Below are positions 1 through 10,140 of a stretch of DNA of 64,000 nucleotides, in pieces. The notes under the pieces are model-generated. The model ran no database searches, had not been told where the DNA came from, and saw nothing but the letters and a program-made list of their open reading frames with translations. The position numbers and the translations under genes are program-made. Origin of the DNA: a bacterium (GTDB lineage: Bacteria > SAR324 > NAC60-12); assembly GCA_965233585.1 (NCBI GenBank), contig CBDDTI010000747.1, positions 192,001 through 256,000 of the forward strand. Direction: 5' to 3'. Every line of letters starts with the position of its first letter. Positions within the stretch are counted from its first letter, which is position 1.

Positions 1-24
1 GCTCTACCACTGAGCTACCCAGGC
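1..24 (-). tRNA. 5' portion of a tRNA, truncated by window edge (probably tRNA-Thr; anticodon not visible)
   Basis: Reverse complement reads GCCTGGGTAGCTCAGTGGTAGAGC (acceptor strand plus D-arm); follows tRNA-Thr and tRNA-Tyr on the same strand. Confidence 0.8.
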
Positions 25-39
25 ATCATACGTCTTTAA

Positions 40-124
40 TGGTGGGGAGAGAAGGATTCGAACCTTCGAAGGCTGAGCCGTCAGATTTACAGTCTGATCC
101 CTTTGACCGCTCGGGAATCTCCCC
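40..124 (-). tRNA. tRNA-Tyr(GUA)
   Basis: GGGGAGA acceptor, anticodon arm TCAGA-CTGTAAA-TCTGA, long variable arm, GGTTCGAATCC T-loop, CCA end. Confidence 0.97.
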
Positions 125-136
125 CTTCAAACGACA

Positions 137-212
137 TGGAGCTGGCAATGGGACTCGAACCCGCAACCTGCTGATTACAAATCAGCTGCTCTACCAATTG
201 AGCTATGCCAGC
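137..212 (-). tRNA. tRNA-Thr(UGU)
   Basis: GCTGGCA acceptor, anticodon arm CTGAT-TTGTAA-TCAG, GGTTCGAGTCC, CCA end; 76 nt. Confidence 0.97.
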
Positions 213-341
213 GATAAGTAAAACCCGCCATTCTATCTTGGTTACTTGAATGAGTCAAGTGAAGAAGCAAAAAAATCTTTATAAAACACTTAAAATGAAT
301 GTTTAAGAGTGAAAAATATTGAAACAATTTGAATAGACATT

Positions 342-2012
342 TTAAAACTGCAAAGCATACTGAAGTTTTGCAGGAAGCCTTTGATTGGCAGAGACTGCAA
401 ATGCCGTACTTTCGTGAATAGTCCCAAATTGCGGACAACGCCATGTCGGTTCTTGTGAGAGGTGTTTGGACGTCAAAAGCACTCTGGCTTGCTTTCCTTG
501 GATGACTGCTTGATTTTCATTTTTTTGAAAAATGGTCAGTTCATGTTGAAAGTGAATCATACTTTCCACCAAAAATGTCCCTGTGCCTTCAAAAGTATCG
601 GTCACCTCAAAAGTCTTGTCTTTCACAGAACAATGAATTTGACGTTTACACTTGAGATGACCACCAATCAGTTGAGAATATCCCCAAAATTCTCCTGCAA
701 ATCGGAAGCCTTCTTTGTCAGCCTTCCAAATGACATTTTTTGGGGGGTAACGTCTTGCGACGCGGAAAGATGCCCAGCATTCTGCCTGATTGGTTTGGTT
801 CACACAAAAAGTGTTGTGCGAACGGGTTGCTCGTACGTAATCCCTCATCTGTCCTGCCTGATACTCAAAAACACCTGCATCAACGACAATCTGCTCACCT
901 GCCACAGACAGCTCATAGCTGAATAAATCAGCATGGGCATGAGCAGGAATGTGATTAGGCGCAATCTGCCCTGCTTTGATGACAAAATAAAAGTCATCAT
1001 GGCGATACGTCCAAAATCCTGTTTCTTCAAAACAATCTTGAGAAGGAAACGACCCAATGAGACGCAAGGCATAAGCCAAAAGGTTTTTGGTAGGTGGTGC
1101 AACCTCGTGTGTAGAATCATTAAACAGAGCAATTAATCCGTTTGGGTGAGTGAGTGCCTGCAAAAAAGTACTCATCTGTTTGGCAGTTGCAATGAAATCA
1201 TCAGCTTGGTCTTTCAAGAGATTGATAATGTCCAAATAGGCTTCCAACATCAAAGCATGATACATGGGACTCCGTTCAAAATAACCTCCATCACTTAACA
1301 CTTGTTTAGGAGTTTCTTGCCTTAAAATGTCTAATCCTCTTCTTAACCAAAGTTTGCCGTGTGCAGACCTTTTAAAAAAAACACCTGCAAAAATCAAGGC
1401 TTTGGCATTTTCTAGCAAATGGTTGGCAGGGTGGTAAGTTTCTAGGTGGTGGAACAAAAAATCTGCTTGCACAAACAAACTTTCAAGACACTTTGGGTCA
1501 GTCAAGTTTGCCTTGCACCAGTTGACAATTCTCAAAGAAAGCGGATAGGAATGCCAACCTAATGTGCCGACTGGATTGGCATCAATCCAACTTTGAGCAA
1601 TTTGTCTCTGTCCTTCAGGTTCTAACAAATGCAAAAAATGGAAATAGTGCAAATGAAATCTCCAAAGCAAAGACTGCTCTGCTGTATTCCAACAAACAGG
1701 AAGACCCAAATCAACTGTTCGGTTCAGGAAGCAAAACTTCCCTTCTTTCAGCTTTTCTGCCTCATTCCAAAACTCATGATGTAAAAAAGGAGTTTGAGGA
1801 AAGATGCCAACGTCTGCAAAATCTGCTTGGCTAAAGGCAAGGGGTGAATAGCTTAAAAAACGTGTTTGAATCAGTGCAAAAAGACGTTTATAGATTTGGA
1901 AGGGATAGACAAATTTGAGGGTGTGAAAATAAAGACGTATCTTTTGCAAAAAACTTGTCTTTTTCAAGATGTTGGTTGTAGGTGGCGTGAATGGTGTTGG
2001 TGTTCCTTGCAT
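342..2012 (-). CDS. Heparinase II/III family protein
   Basis: 556 aa; NHLLEN, DGGYFERSPMYH, HAHADLFSYELS, VDAG, RATRSHNT motifs. Confidence 0.85.
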   Translation of the reverse strand: MQGTPTPFTPPTTNILKKTSFLQKIRLYFHTLKFVYPFQIYKRLFALIQTRFLSYSPLAFSQADFADVGIFPQTPFLHHEFWNEAEKLKEGKFCFLNRTVDLGLPVCWNTAEQSLLWRFHLHYFHFLHLLEPEGQRQIAQSWIDANPVGTLGWHSYPLSLRIVNWCKANLTDPKCLESLFVQADFLFHHLETYHPANHLLENAKALIFAGVFFKRSAHGKLWLRRGLDILRQETPKQVLSDGGYFERSPMYHALMLEAYLDIINLLKDQADDFIATAKQMSTFLQALTHPNGLIALFNDSTHEVAPPTKNLLAYALRLIGSFPSQDCFEETGFWTYRHDDFYFVIKAGQIAPNHIPAHAHADLFSYELSVAGEQIVVDAGVFEYQAGQMRDYVRATRSHNTFCVNQTNQAECWASFRVARRYPPKNVIWKADKEGFRFAGEFWGYSQLIGGHLKCKRQIHCSVKDKTFEVTDTFEGTGTFLVESMIHFQHELTIFQKNENQAVIQGKQARVLLTSKHLSQEPTWRCPQFGTIHESTAFAVSANQRLPAKLQYALQF

Positions 2013-2113
2013 GTTTGGAAACTCATGTTTGGCAAAGTAGGAATCATCATAGGCATTTTGAATAAAATCACAAGGAAAGATACAATAGTTGCATTGGTTT
2101 GATTGATTGAAAA

Positions 2114-3271
2114 ATGATTGAGAGGTTCACTATGCAACAGATGAATTTGACTTCAGGCACAGAACGAATCCAGCAAATTTGCAAAAGAGATGAGCGATTG
2201 AATCGTATCTTGCAAAAGCTCATTGAGCAAGCTCCTCTTTCTGCAGAAGACGGATTAGCCCTTTATGAACATTACCCCCTAGAAACCTTAAAGGTTTTGG
2301 CAAATTGGAAGAAGCAAACTTTGCATCAAAACAAGGTGTTCTACAACCGTAATATCCACTTAGAACCGACCAATCGCTGTGTGTATTCATGTAAATTCTG
2401 CTCCTTTTACAGACCTGCCAAGCAACCTCATGCTGACGGAGCATGGGATTATTCTATTGAGGACATAGACCAGCTTTTAGAAGCCTATCGCCTTGACCAA
2501 ATTACAGAAATCCACATCACAGGGGGTGTCCACCCTGACCATGATTTAGATTGGCACATTCAGCTGATTCAACATTTGAAGGCAAAAGCTCCACATATTC
2601 ACTTGAAGGCATACACAGCAGTTGAGGTGATGTTCATGGCTCGTAAATCACGCAAAAGCTTTGTAGAAACTTTGCTTGCTCTCAAATCCGCAGGGGTTGC
2701 TTCGTTGCCCGGTGGCGGTGCTGAAATCTTTAATCCTGTCGTCAGACGCAAAATTGCAGGGGGCAAAGCACCTGCTCATTGTTGGCTGGAGATTCACAAA
2801 GAAGCTCATCAAATCGGGTTGTCTTCCAATGCCACCATGCTTTACGGGCATGTAGAGTCATTTGAAGACCGCCTTGACCACATTCTCCAAATCCGTAATT
2901 TACAGGAAGAAACAGGCGGGTTTCACTCCTTCATTCCCCTCAAGTATCGTCATGCAAACAATGAACTTTCTTACCTAGAAGAGCTTGATGAAACTGATGA
3001 CTTAAGAAACTATGCTGTCTGCCGACTGATGCTTCACAATGTCAAACATCTCAAAACATACTGGGTCATGTTAGGAATGGAAACAGCAGAAAAGTCATTG
3101 CATTATGGGGTTGATGATTTTGACGGCACTGTCAGCGACACAACAAAAATTTATTCTATGGCAGGGTCTATCAAAACACCCACCTTGTCCGTGCAAGACA
3201 TTTGTGCTTTGATAGAACGCAACCAACTCCTTCCCGTAGAAAGAAACTCTGTTTATCAACAACTCTCTTAA
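2114..3271 (+). CDS. mqnE: Aminofutalosine synthase (radical SAM, CofH/MqnE family)
   Basis: CVYSCKFC radical-SAM motif; HLKAYTAVE, PGGGAEIF, NATMLYGH, KTYWVMLG; adjacent to mqnD. Confidence 0.88.
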   Translation: MIERFTMQQMNLTSGTERIQQICKRDERLNRILQKLIEQAPLSAEDGLALYEHYPLETLKVLANWKKQTLHQNKVFYNRNIHLEPTNRCVYSCKFCSFYRPAKQPHADGAWDYSIEDIDQLLEAYRLDQITEIHITGGVHPDHDLDWHIQLIQHLKAKAPHIHLKAYTAVEVMFMARKSRKSFVETLLALKSAGVASLPGGGAEIFNPVVRRKIAGGKAPAHCWLEIHKEAHQIGLSSNATMLYGHVESFEDRLDHILQIRNLQEETGGFHSFIPLKYRHANNELSYLEELDETDDLRNYAVCRLMLHNVKHLKTYWVMLGMETAEKSLHYGVDDFDGTVSDTTKIYSMAGSIKTPTLSVQDICALIERNQLLPVERNSVYQQLS

Positions 3272-3309
3272 ATCCAAAAACGATTTAATGCTTAAAGACA
3301 ACTCTTAAA

Positions 3310-3936
3310 ATGTTTTCAGGAATTGTACAAAAATTGTGCCGTGTGTCCCAACTTCAAAAAGAAGCCAACATCTTGAAGTTGGAAGTTGACCTTGAGGAAC
3401 TGGCAGAAAACCTTCAATTAGGTGCGAGCGTTGCCATCAATGGCATCTGCCTGACTGTCGTGTCTATCCAAAACACTAAAGCCACTTTTGACGTCATTCA
3501 CGAGACCTTGCAACTGACCAATCTGCAAAGTTTAGAAGTGCATGACTTCGTCAATGTAGAAAGGTCATTGCGTGTTGGTGATGAAATTGGGGGTCATCAG
3601 GTGCAAGGGCATGTTGACGGTACGGGGGTCATTACAGAAGTCATCAATGATGGCATTCAGTACAAGGTTTGGGTGTCGTTTCAACCTCAATTCCGATGCT
3701 ACCTTGTGCCGAAGGGGTGGGTATGTGTTGATGGCGTCAGCTTGACTCTGGTGGACATCAAAGAAGACACATTTGCAATTTGCTTGATTCCTGAAACTCT
3801 GAAACGCACCACACTTGGATTGAAAAAAGAACAATCGCTTGTCAATCTGGAATTTGATGCTTTTGTCAAAACGGTAGTTGCTGTGATGAACGAACAACAG
3901 GCAAACACGTGGCTAACAAATGAAAAGCAAGGCTGA
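3310..3936 (+). CDS. ribE: Riboflavin synthase alpha chain
   Basis: MFSGIV start, GASVAINGICLTV, GGHQVQGHVDG, DGVSLT, LIPETL. Confidence 0.95.
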   Translation: MFSGIVQKLCRVSQLQKEANILKLEVDLEELAENLQLGASVAINGICLTVVSIQNTKATFDVIHETLQLTNLQSLEVHDFVNVERSLRVGDEIGGHQVQGHVDGTGVITEVINDGIQYKVWVSFQPQFRCYLVPKGWVCVDGVSLTLVDIKEDTFAICLIPETLKRTTLGLKKEQSLVNLEFDAFVKTVVAVMNEQQANTWLTNEKQG

Positions 3937-3960
3937 ATCTGAAACGTCAAGTCTTCAACG

Positions 3961-4758
3961 ATGAATCTCTCCTTTGCTTATTCTCCTTGCCCCAACGACT
4001 CTTTTGCTTTTTATGCACTAGAAAAAGGATTGGTCTCCTCCCCCAATTTTCAAATCACTACCAAACGTTTTGCTCTGCACCAGCTAAATCAAATGCAGGT
4101 GGACTTGATGAAAGTCTCGGCTGTGCAATCGTTTGCTCTTGCCGAAAGCTACCAAATCCTTCAAACGGGTGCATCATTTGGAATGGGCTACGGTCCTTTG
4201 GTTGTCTCAAAAAATCCAGCTCTCTCAAAGCCTAATTCTGTTGCCATCGCAGGTCAGCATACAACATCGCATCTTTTGTGGGAACTTTGGAATCCAAACT
4301 CAGCGATTCATCAGGTGTTCATGCCCTTTCATCAAATCCTTTCTGCTGTCTCCAGCCAACAAGTTGACGCAGGTGTCATTGTCCATGAATCAAGGTTTTG
4401 TCTGGAACGAGACGGACTGGTTGCTTGTCAAGATTTAGGAAAGTTTTGGCATGAGCAATTTCAACTCCCGTTGCCTTTGGGGGTGTTGGTTGCCAAAAAA
4501 AGTTTAGGACAAAAGACAATCCAAGAAGTGGAAGAGCTGATTCAAAAAAGCATCTTGTATGCACAATCTCACCGTTTGGATTTGGCACAGCATGCCATGC
4601 TGCATGCACAAGAAAAAGACATCCATGCTGTCCTGCAACACATTGATTTGTATGTCAATGACATGTCTCTCAAGTTTTCAGAAAAAGGACATCAGGCATT
4701 GCAACTTTTAAAAAAACAACTTTTAAAAAAGCAATGTTTTGAAAAAACGTCTTCTTGA
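3961..4758 (+). CDS. mqnD: 1,4-dihydroxy-6-naphthoate synthase
   Basis: SPCPNDSF, GYGP, VIVHESRF, DLG..W, LPLPLG, HIDLYVN motifs. Confidence 0.92.
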   Translation: MNLSFAYSPCPNDSFAFYALEKGLVSSPNFQITTKRFALHQLNQMQVDLMKVSAVQSFALAESYQILQTGASFGMGYGPLVVSKNPALSKPNSVAIAGQHTTSHLLWELWNPNSAIHQVFMPFHQILSAVSSQQVDAGVIVHESRFCLERDGLVACQDLGKFWHEQFQLPLPLGVLVAKKSLGQKTIQEVEELIQKSILYAQSHRLDLAQHAMLHAQEKDIHAVLQHIDLYVNDMSLKFSEKGHQALQLLKKQLLKKQCFEKTSS

Positions 4759-4861
4759 AAAAGCATCTTGATTTTTGACTGCCAAGTCATTTTGAGAAAT
4801 CAAGAATTTTTAAAAAAGCAGAAGTTTTTAAAAAGCAGAAATTTTTTAAGAAAATAAGATT

Positions 4862-5836
4862 TTATGCCTTATTCAAAGACAGATTTTGCATCAAACCTAA
4901 ATGCTTAAATAAGTCTTGTAAGTCTTGGGGCAGTGGAGCAAGGCATTGGATTGTTTGATGTGTCAATGGGTGCGTGAAGGTCAATTCTTTGGCATGAAGT
5001 GCTTGCCTTGAAAAAGAAGAGATGCAAAGCCTCTGTTGCAATGAGGGCATTTTGGGAAGTTTGAAGTGCTTTTTGCCGTAAAGCTGGTCTCCTAAAATGG
5101 GCAGACCTTGAGACTTCAGATGCACCCGCACTTGATGCGTCCTGCCTGTTTCAAGAGTGCATTCTAACAGCGTCAAAAATGAATGCCACCGTTCTAAAAT
5201 CTTCCAGTGTGTGATGGCATCTTTTCCTGTGTCGGTGATTGCCATGGTTTTACGTTTTTTGGAATGCCTGCCTAGCGGTGCATGGATTGTCCCTTTAGGG
5301 GCTGATGGTTCTCCGATGACGAGGGCAAGGTAACGTCTGGTGATGGTGTGATGAAAGAATTGATTTGCTAAGTGTTGATGTGCTTCATTGGTTTTGGCAA
5401 CGACCAATGCCCCTGACGTCCCCTGATCCAAACGATGCACAATTCCCGGACGCATCGGATCAAGGTCAGAAAGACTCTTGCAATGGCTCAAAAGGAAGTT
5501 CACCAACGTTCCTGCTGAATGTCCTGCTGAGTGATGAACAACAAGATTCGGTGCTTTATTGACCACAAGCAAAGCCTCATCTTCATACAAAATTTCAAGT
5601 TCCCCTTGTTGTGCTTCAAAACTCATTGTTTCTGCTTCTGGCAAGGCAAGGCTGATCTCATCGCCTGTTTGGACTTGATGGGAACATTTGACGACAGATT
5701 GATTGACTTGAGCCAAACCTTGATCAATCAATTTCTTAGAATGAGAACGGGATTTGACAGAGGCATGTTGCATCAGCACAAGGTCAAATCGTTGCAAATG
5801 TTGGTCAGGTTTGACACAAAAAGACTCATACCTCAT
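4862..5836 (-). CDS. rluD: RluA/RluD family 23S rRNA pseudouridine synthase
   Basis: N-terminal S4-like domain, RPGIVHRLDQGTSG, LETGRTHQVRVH, RQALHA. Confidence 0.93.
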   Translation of the reverse strand: MRYESFCVKPDQHLQRFDLVLMQHASVKSRSHSKKLIDQGLAQVNQSVVKCSHQVQTGDEISLALPEAETMSFEAQQGELEILYEDEALLVVNKAPNLVVHHSAGHSAGTLVNFLLSHCKSLSDLDPMRPGIVHRLDQGTSGALVVAKTNEAHQHLANQFFHHTITRRYLALVIGEPSAPKGTIHAPLGRHSKKRKTMAITDTGKDAITHWKILERWHSFLTLLECTLETGRTHQVRVHLKSQGLPILGDQLYGKKHFKLPKMPSLQQRLCISSFSRQALHAKELTFTHPLTHQTIQCLAPLPQDLQDLFKHLGLMQNLSLNKA

Positions 5837-5839
5837 GGC

Positions 5840-7177
5840 TTAAAACGTCTTCTGGTAAGTGATGTTGCCACCGTCCCAAAAGTTGTCTAAGAGTTCATCA
5901 AGATTGTAAGTGGTTGTCCAAAGCAAGCTCCCTGTGTCTGCTTCATGCAAAATCTCAAAACTGATGCGCAGTTTGGCTTGAAAAGAAGACTCTTGGTCTG
6001 GTGGCTTGTCAAATGCTGGATAGTCAATAGTTCTTTCTACCCAACCTGCATACAATCCATATTCCCAAGCATACTGGGGCTTCCAGTGATGTTTGAAGAC
6101 GTTGTAAACTTGTGTAGAAACCAGTTGAAACTCCTCACTTTTTTTAGGACTCTGCTTGACCTCAAAATCATTGCCAAATTCATCATAACGCACTCCCAAC
6201 GTCCCAGACCACTGACGAGACCATAACTTCTCCAAAAAGGAATGTACCATCAAATAACTAATCACTTGATGACGTTCATCATTGAACAGTAATGCAGTGT
6301 TTGGTTCTTCATTGCTTTGAGCCTCATCAACTTCATCAGATTTGTCAGGCTCTAAAAACTCACGTGATTTTTCAAGACGGAAAGTGCGGGACTCTATCGC
6401 CCAAAACGCATCGTCAGAAAACTCTTGTTCTATCAAAAATTGACCTTGTTGGCTTTGATGCTGAAAACGTCTTGAGGAAGACTCTAACTTCATCGGCGAG
6501 CTTTGTTGTATGGCAAAAAAAACTTCCCACGCGCCAACAAGCCAAGCCATTTGCAAGCCATCTTCTACCGCATGGGGGTTCATCTCAGAGTCATCTTGAG
6601 AGTTTTTTTCGTTGTAAAACAAATCCTGCCTTAAATGAGTTGCCATGATGTAAGAGTTTTGCAAATCACCCCACCGCAACATGCCTCCATAATCTGCACG
6701 CCTCTTGTCATATTGGGGCATTCCCAAAAATCCAAAAGACCAATCCCTCCAAAACTCCCATTCTACCCCCACATGATAACGGAGCGGCTTAATCTCATAA
6801 AATTCTTCATGGTTAAGGACAAAATGAGTTGTCATCTCATCTGTAACGACGTATTGATGTTTCACTTGAAAATGAAGGTAAAGATGGTCCATGCCCAGAC
6901 TGCCACCCGTCATGCGCCAGCCACTTGCAGACCGACGCCATTTGCGATTTTGCTCGGGAGCAAAGCTATAAGATTGAATGTCTAAAAAGTTCTCAGGGTT
7001 CAAAGCCGCTGGCGAAATGTCTATCGCTCCATCAAAAGCAGATAACGAAGAAACCATCGTCAAGGAAGCGAAAGAAAAGATGAGCTTTTTAAAAATCAAT
7101 CGCTTAAAACGTCTTTTAAGACACACGGCAGAGGTGTCTATATTCATTGGCTCATTCCTTTGAAAATTAAAAATCAA
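5840..7177 (-). CDS. Hypothetical protein, probable outer-membrane beta-barrel (start uncertain)
   Basis: 445-aa ORF; signal-peptide-like segment ending SLSA, aromatic alternating strands, C-terminal YQKTF. Confidence 0.55.
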   Translation of the reverse strand: MIFNFQRNEPMNIDTSAVCLKRRFKRLIFKKLIFSFASLTMVSSLSAFDGAIDISPAALNPENFLDIQSYSFAPEQNRKWRRSASGWRMTGGSLGMDHLYLHFQVKHQYVVTDEMTTHFVLNHEEFYEIKPLRYHVGVEWEFWRDWSFGFLGMPQYDKRRADYGGMLRWGDLQNSYIMATHLRQDLFYNEKNSQDDSEMNPHAVEDGLQMAWLVGAWEVFFAIQQSSPMKLESSSRRFQHQSQQGQFLIEQEFSDDAFWAIESRTFRLEKSREFLEPDKSDEVDEAQSNEEPNTALLFNDERHQVISYLMVHSFLEKLWSRQWSGTLGVRYDEFGNDFEVKQSPKKSEEFQLVSTQVYNVFKHHWKPQYAWEYGLYAGWVERTIDYPAFDKPPDQESSFQAKLRISFEILHEADTGSLLWTTTYNLDELLDNFWDGGNITYQKTF

Positions 7178-7455
7178 GCAAACCTTGTCAGTTTTGGATA
7201 GTTTTTTGCGGTTTATTTTTTTTGCAGTTTAAAACGGATTAGTCATTGTAACACCTGATGCCGAATCTATCATCTCACGCAACCATCTTACACAGTATCT
7301 CATCAAAAAATCATACATTCCTGTTCTCAAACCCCAATCAAGGAAAATATTTTTTATGTTGCTTGTTGCCATGCTTCAAAGATTCAAGTATCATCTATCA
7401 ATCCTAACTGGTCATTTATCTAAACTAACAATTCACCATACTAAAAAAAGAGGTC

Positions 7456-8934
7456 ATGATGAAAATGAGAATTTGGTTACTAGCATCGTTGACAATTTTG
7501 TCTGCATGCAATCCCTCCAAAGATTCAGAGGACGAAGACAACAAACTGGCTACCGTGGGTTGTGAGATTGAAGGCTCTACAACACAGGTGGTCAAAGGCG
7601 AACAAATCACGGCAAACCTTGCTTGCAATCTGGAAAGCATTGAGGAAGATTTGGAGCTGACTTTGAAGTATGATGCCAATCTCATCAACTTGTCAGCATC
7701 AGGACAGGCACAAGCCCAAGCAGGTTCTGTCAAAATCACATTGCCCAAAGACGGCTCCTTCAAAAGCACGTTGAACATTCAAGGATTGAAAATTGGCAAA
7801 AGTCAAATTGACCTGAAAGTCAAAGACATTGCTAAAAAATGGGATTTTAAAGTCGTGTTACCCAACATAGATTTTGGAGATTCGCCATATCCTCTTGCGA
7901 CAGGAAACTCTCATACCGCTTTTGTCAAAGCAGACGAGACACTCTGGGCTTGGGGAGAAAATACTCAAGGTCAACTTGGAGATGGCACAACGACTAACAG
8001 AAATGCTCCTGTCAAAATTGGCTCTGACCAATGGACATCTATCTCTGCAGGATCGGCACACACTCTTGGCTTGAAAACAGACGGGACACTCTGGGCTTGG
8101 GGAGAAAATGGTAGCAGACAACTTGGAGACGGTAGCACCACTAACAGAAGCACTCCTGTCAAAATTGGCTCTGACCAGTGGAAGTCTATTTCTGGAGGAG
8201 GGTACCACAGTCTTGGCTTGAAAACAGACGGGACACTCTGGGCTTGGGGAGAAAATGGTAGCAGACAACTTGGAGATGGTAGCACCACTGACAGAAGCAC
8301 TCCTGTCAAAATTGGCTCTGACCAGTGGAAGTCTGTTTCTGGAGGACACGAACACAGTCTTGGCTTAAAGGCAGACGGAACACTCTGGGCTTGGGGTGAT
8401 AATGGTTATGGACAACTTGGAGATGGTAGCACCACTGACAGAAGCACTCCTGTCAAAATTGGTTCTGACAATGATTGGAAAAAAATCAGCACACGACGTC
8501 ACAGCTCTTTTGGCATCAAGAAAAACGGGACGCTCTGGGCTTGGGGTGATAATAGTGACGGACAACTTGGAGACGGTAGCACTAATGACAGACATGCTCC
8601 TGTCCAGATTACAGGAATCTGGAAGTCTGTCTCTTCAGGAGGTGAGCAAAATGACGAACATTACCATAGTCTTGGAATCAAGAGTGATGGGACTCTATGG
8701 GTTTGGGGGACAGACAGAGACAATCAACTTGGTTTAGGAGCAGGAAACCAAAGAACAGCTCGCCCTGTGCAACTGGGGTCTGACACCGATTGGGTTGCTG
8801 TGAAGGTAGGAGATTTTTATAGCATTGCAGTCAAATCAAATGGAGAAGTCTGGACATGGGGTTATAATGGTTCTGGACAACTTGGAGATGGTAGCACTAC
8901 TAACAGAAATGCTCCTGTTAAATTGAGTTTTTAG
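7456..8934 (+). CDS. RCC1/BLIP-II repeat beta-propeller lipoprotein (copy 1)
   Basis: Lipobox LSAC; about 7 repeats of GTLWAWGxNxxGQLGDG..R.TPVKIG. Confidence 0.9.
   Translation: MMKMRIWLLASLTILSACNPSKDSEDEDNKLATVGCEIEGSTTQVVKGEQITANLACNLESIEEDLELTLKYDANLINLSASGQAQAQAGSVKITLPKDGSFKSTLNIQGLKIGKSQIDLKVKDIAKKWDFKVVLPNIDFGDSPYPLATGNSHTAFVKADETLWAWGENTQGQLGDGTTTNRNAPVKIGSDQWTSISAGSAHTLGLKTDGTLWAWGENGSRQLGDGSTTNRSTPVKIGSDQWKSISGGGYHSLGLKTDGTLWAWGENGSRQLGDGSTTDRSTPVKIGSDQWKSVSGGHEHSLGLKADGTLWAWGDNGYGQLGDGSTTDRSTPVKIGSDNDWKKISTRRHSSFGIKKNGTLWAWGDNSDGQLGDGSTNDRHAPVQITGIWKSVSSGGEQNDEHYHSLGIKSDGTLWVWGTDRDNQLGLGAGNQRTARPVQLGSDTDWVAVKVGDFYSIAVKSNGEVWTWGYNGSGQLGDGSTTNRNAPVKLSF
7940..8610 (+). repeat. About 147-150 bp intragenic tandem repeats (RCC1 blades), some nearly identical in DNA
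   Basis: ctctgggcttggggagaaaatggtagcagacaacttggaga recurs at ~8089 and ~8236. Confidence 0.9.
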
Positions 8935-8976
8935 CTTCAGCCCTGTTTTTTCTTCACTTCCGCATTCACAGTCAAT

Positions 8977-9001
8977 GCTCCCGCCTCCAGCGGGGGTTTT
9001 G
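8977..9001 (+). terminator. Probable intrinsic terminator after RCC1 copy 1
   Basis: ctcccgc-ctcca-gcggggg stem followed by tttt. Confidence 0.55.
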
Positions 9002-9100
9002 AATCCAGCCTTGTTTTTTCTTCATTCCACCAAAGGCAGGTGACTGACAGAAATGCTCTTGGCAAACAGTGTTGAAGTTAGATTTTAAATTTTCTTTAAA

Positions 9101-9637
9101 TCAAGAGTTTTGAGAGGGTTTTTCAGTATTTTTAGCAATCATTTGAAGCACTTCGTGCATGTCAGTCACCTGACCTTGCATGTCAGTCATCTGACCTTGC
9201 ATGTCAGTCATCTGTCCTTTCACTTCAATCATATCAGACTTTAAAACTGAAACGTCAGATTTTAACTCTGATACATCAGACTTTAACTCTGAAACGTCAG
9301 ATTTTAACTCTGAAACGTCAGACTTTAAAACTGACACATCAGACTTTAATTCTGACACATCAGACTTTAGCTCTGAAACGTCGGACTTTAAAACTGACAC
9401 GTCAGATTCTAAGCCTTCAAATCTCTCATTGGTTTCTTTTCTGAATTTTGACAAATCAGATTCCAAGGTATCAAAACGTTCGTGAACAGCACGAAACTCC
9501 TTGGCGAACCTACGACCATTTTCTCTGTTGGCTTCCACAGATTCGTCCATTGCCTTCTTGATCTTACGTAGACTCTCACGAGTCCCTTCTTGATCACTTC
9601 TAGCATATGTCTCGTTTTCTAAAAATTCTTGATCCAT
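9101..9637 (-). CDS. Heptad-repeat coiled-coil protein
   Basis: 178 aa; about 8-9 copies of SDVS(E/V)LK then about 3 copies of MTDMQGQ; 21-bp DNA tandem repeats. Confidence 0.8.
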   Translation of the reverse strand: MDQEFLENETYARSDQEGTRESLRKIKKAMDESVEANRENGRRFAKEFRAVHERFDTLESDLSKFRKETNERFEGLESDVSVLKSDVSELKSDVSELKSDVSVLKSDVSELKSDVSELKSDVSELKSDVSVLKSDMIEVKGQMTDMQGQMTDMQGQVTDMHEVLQMIAKNTEKPSQNS

Positions 9638-10140
9638 ATATTTCCCATTTCACAAAGTTTAAAATAAATGCAAACTCTCTCTGGACAAAAGTCAATCCAC
9701 AAATTTAATGACTTCAATCTCATCAAATGGGTTCAATTTTAACCAAATCCTCAAACAAGAGTCAATCTTATCAAATCAACGTGTCAATGTTTTTTTAATT
9801 TCTGTGTTGTTCTGAAGAATTGGAGTCAAAAATCCGTTCTTCATTCAAAAAACCCATTCCTTACAAAACACCAAACACTCAGATCTTGTTTTTGCCTCGC
9901 TCCCGCATCAAAGCAAGAGTTTTGAGTCCAGCTCCGTTTTTTCTTCACTCCATCAAAGGTCAATCACAAAGGTAAAAACTTCAATAAAATAATTATTTTT
10001 TGTTTTGCTTGTTGCTATCTGTTGGGGTTTTAAATATAATTTTAAACATGTTTTTATTTTATTTGTTGCTATCTCTTTAATCTTCAAATATCATGTATTT
10101 ATATTAAATGAAAATTCACTATGTTAAAAAGGAGAACATC

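Noticed and set aside
39..221. 60-aa ORF (and ORFs 43110..43439, 43232..43525)
   Set aside because: Antisense shadows of tRNA genes
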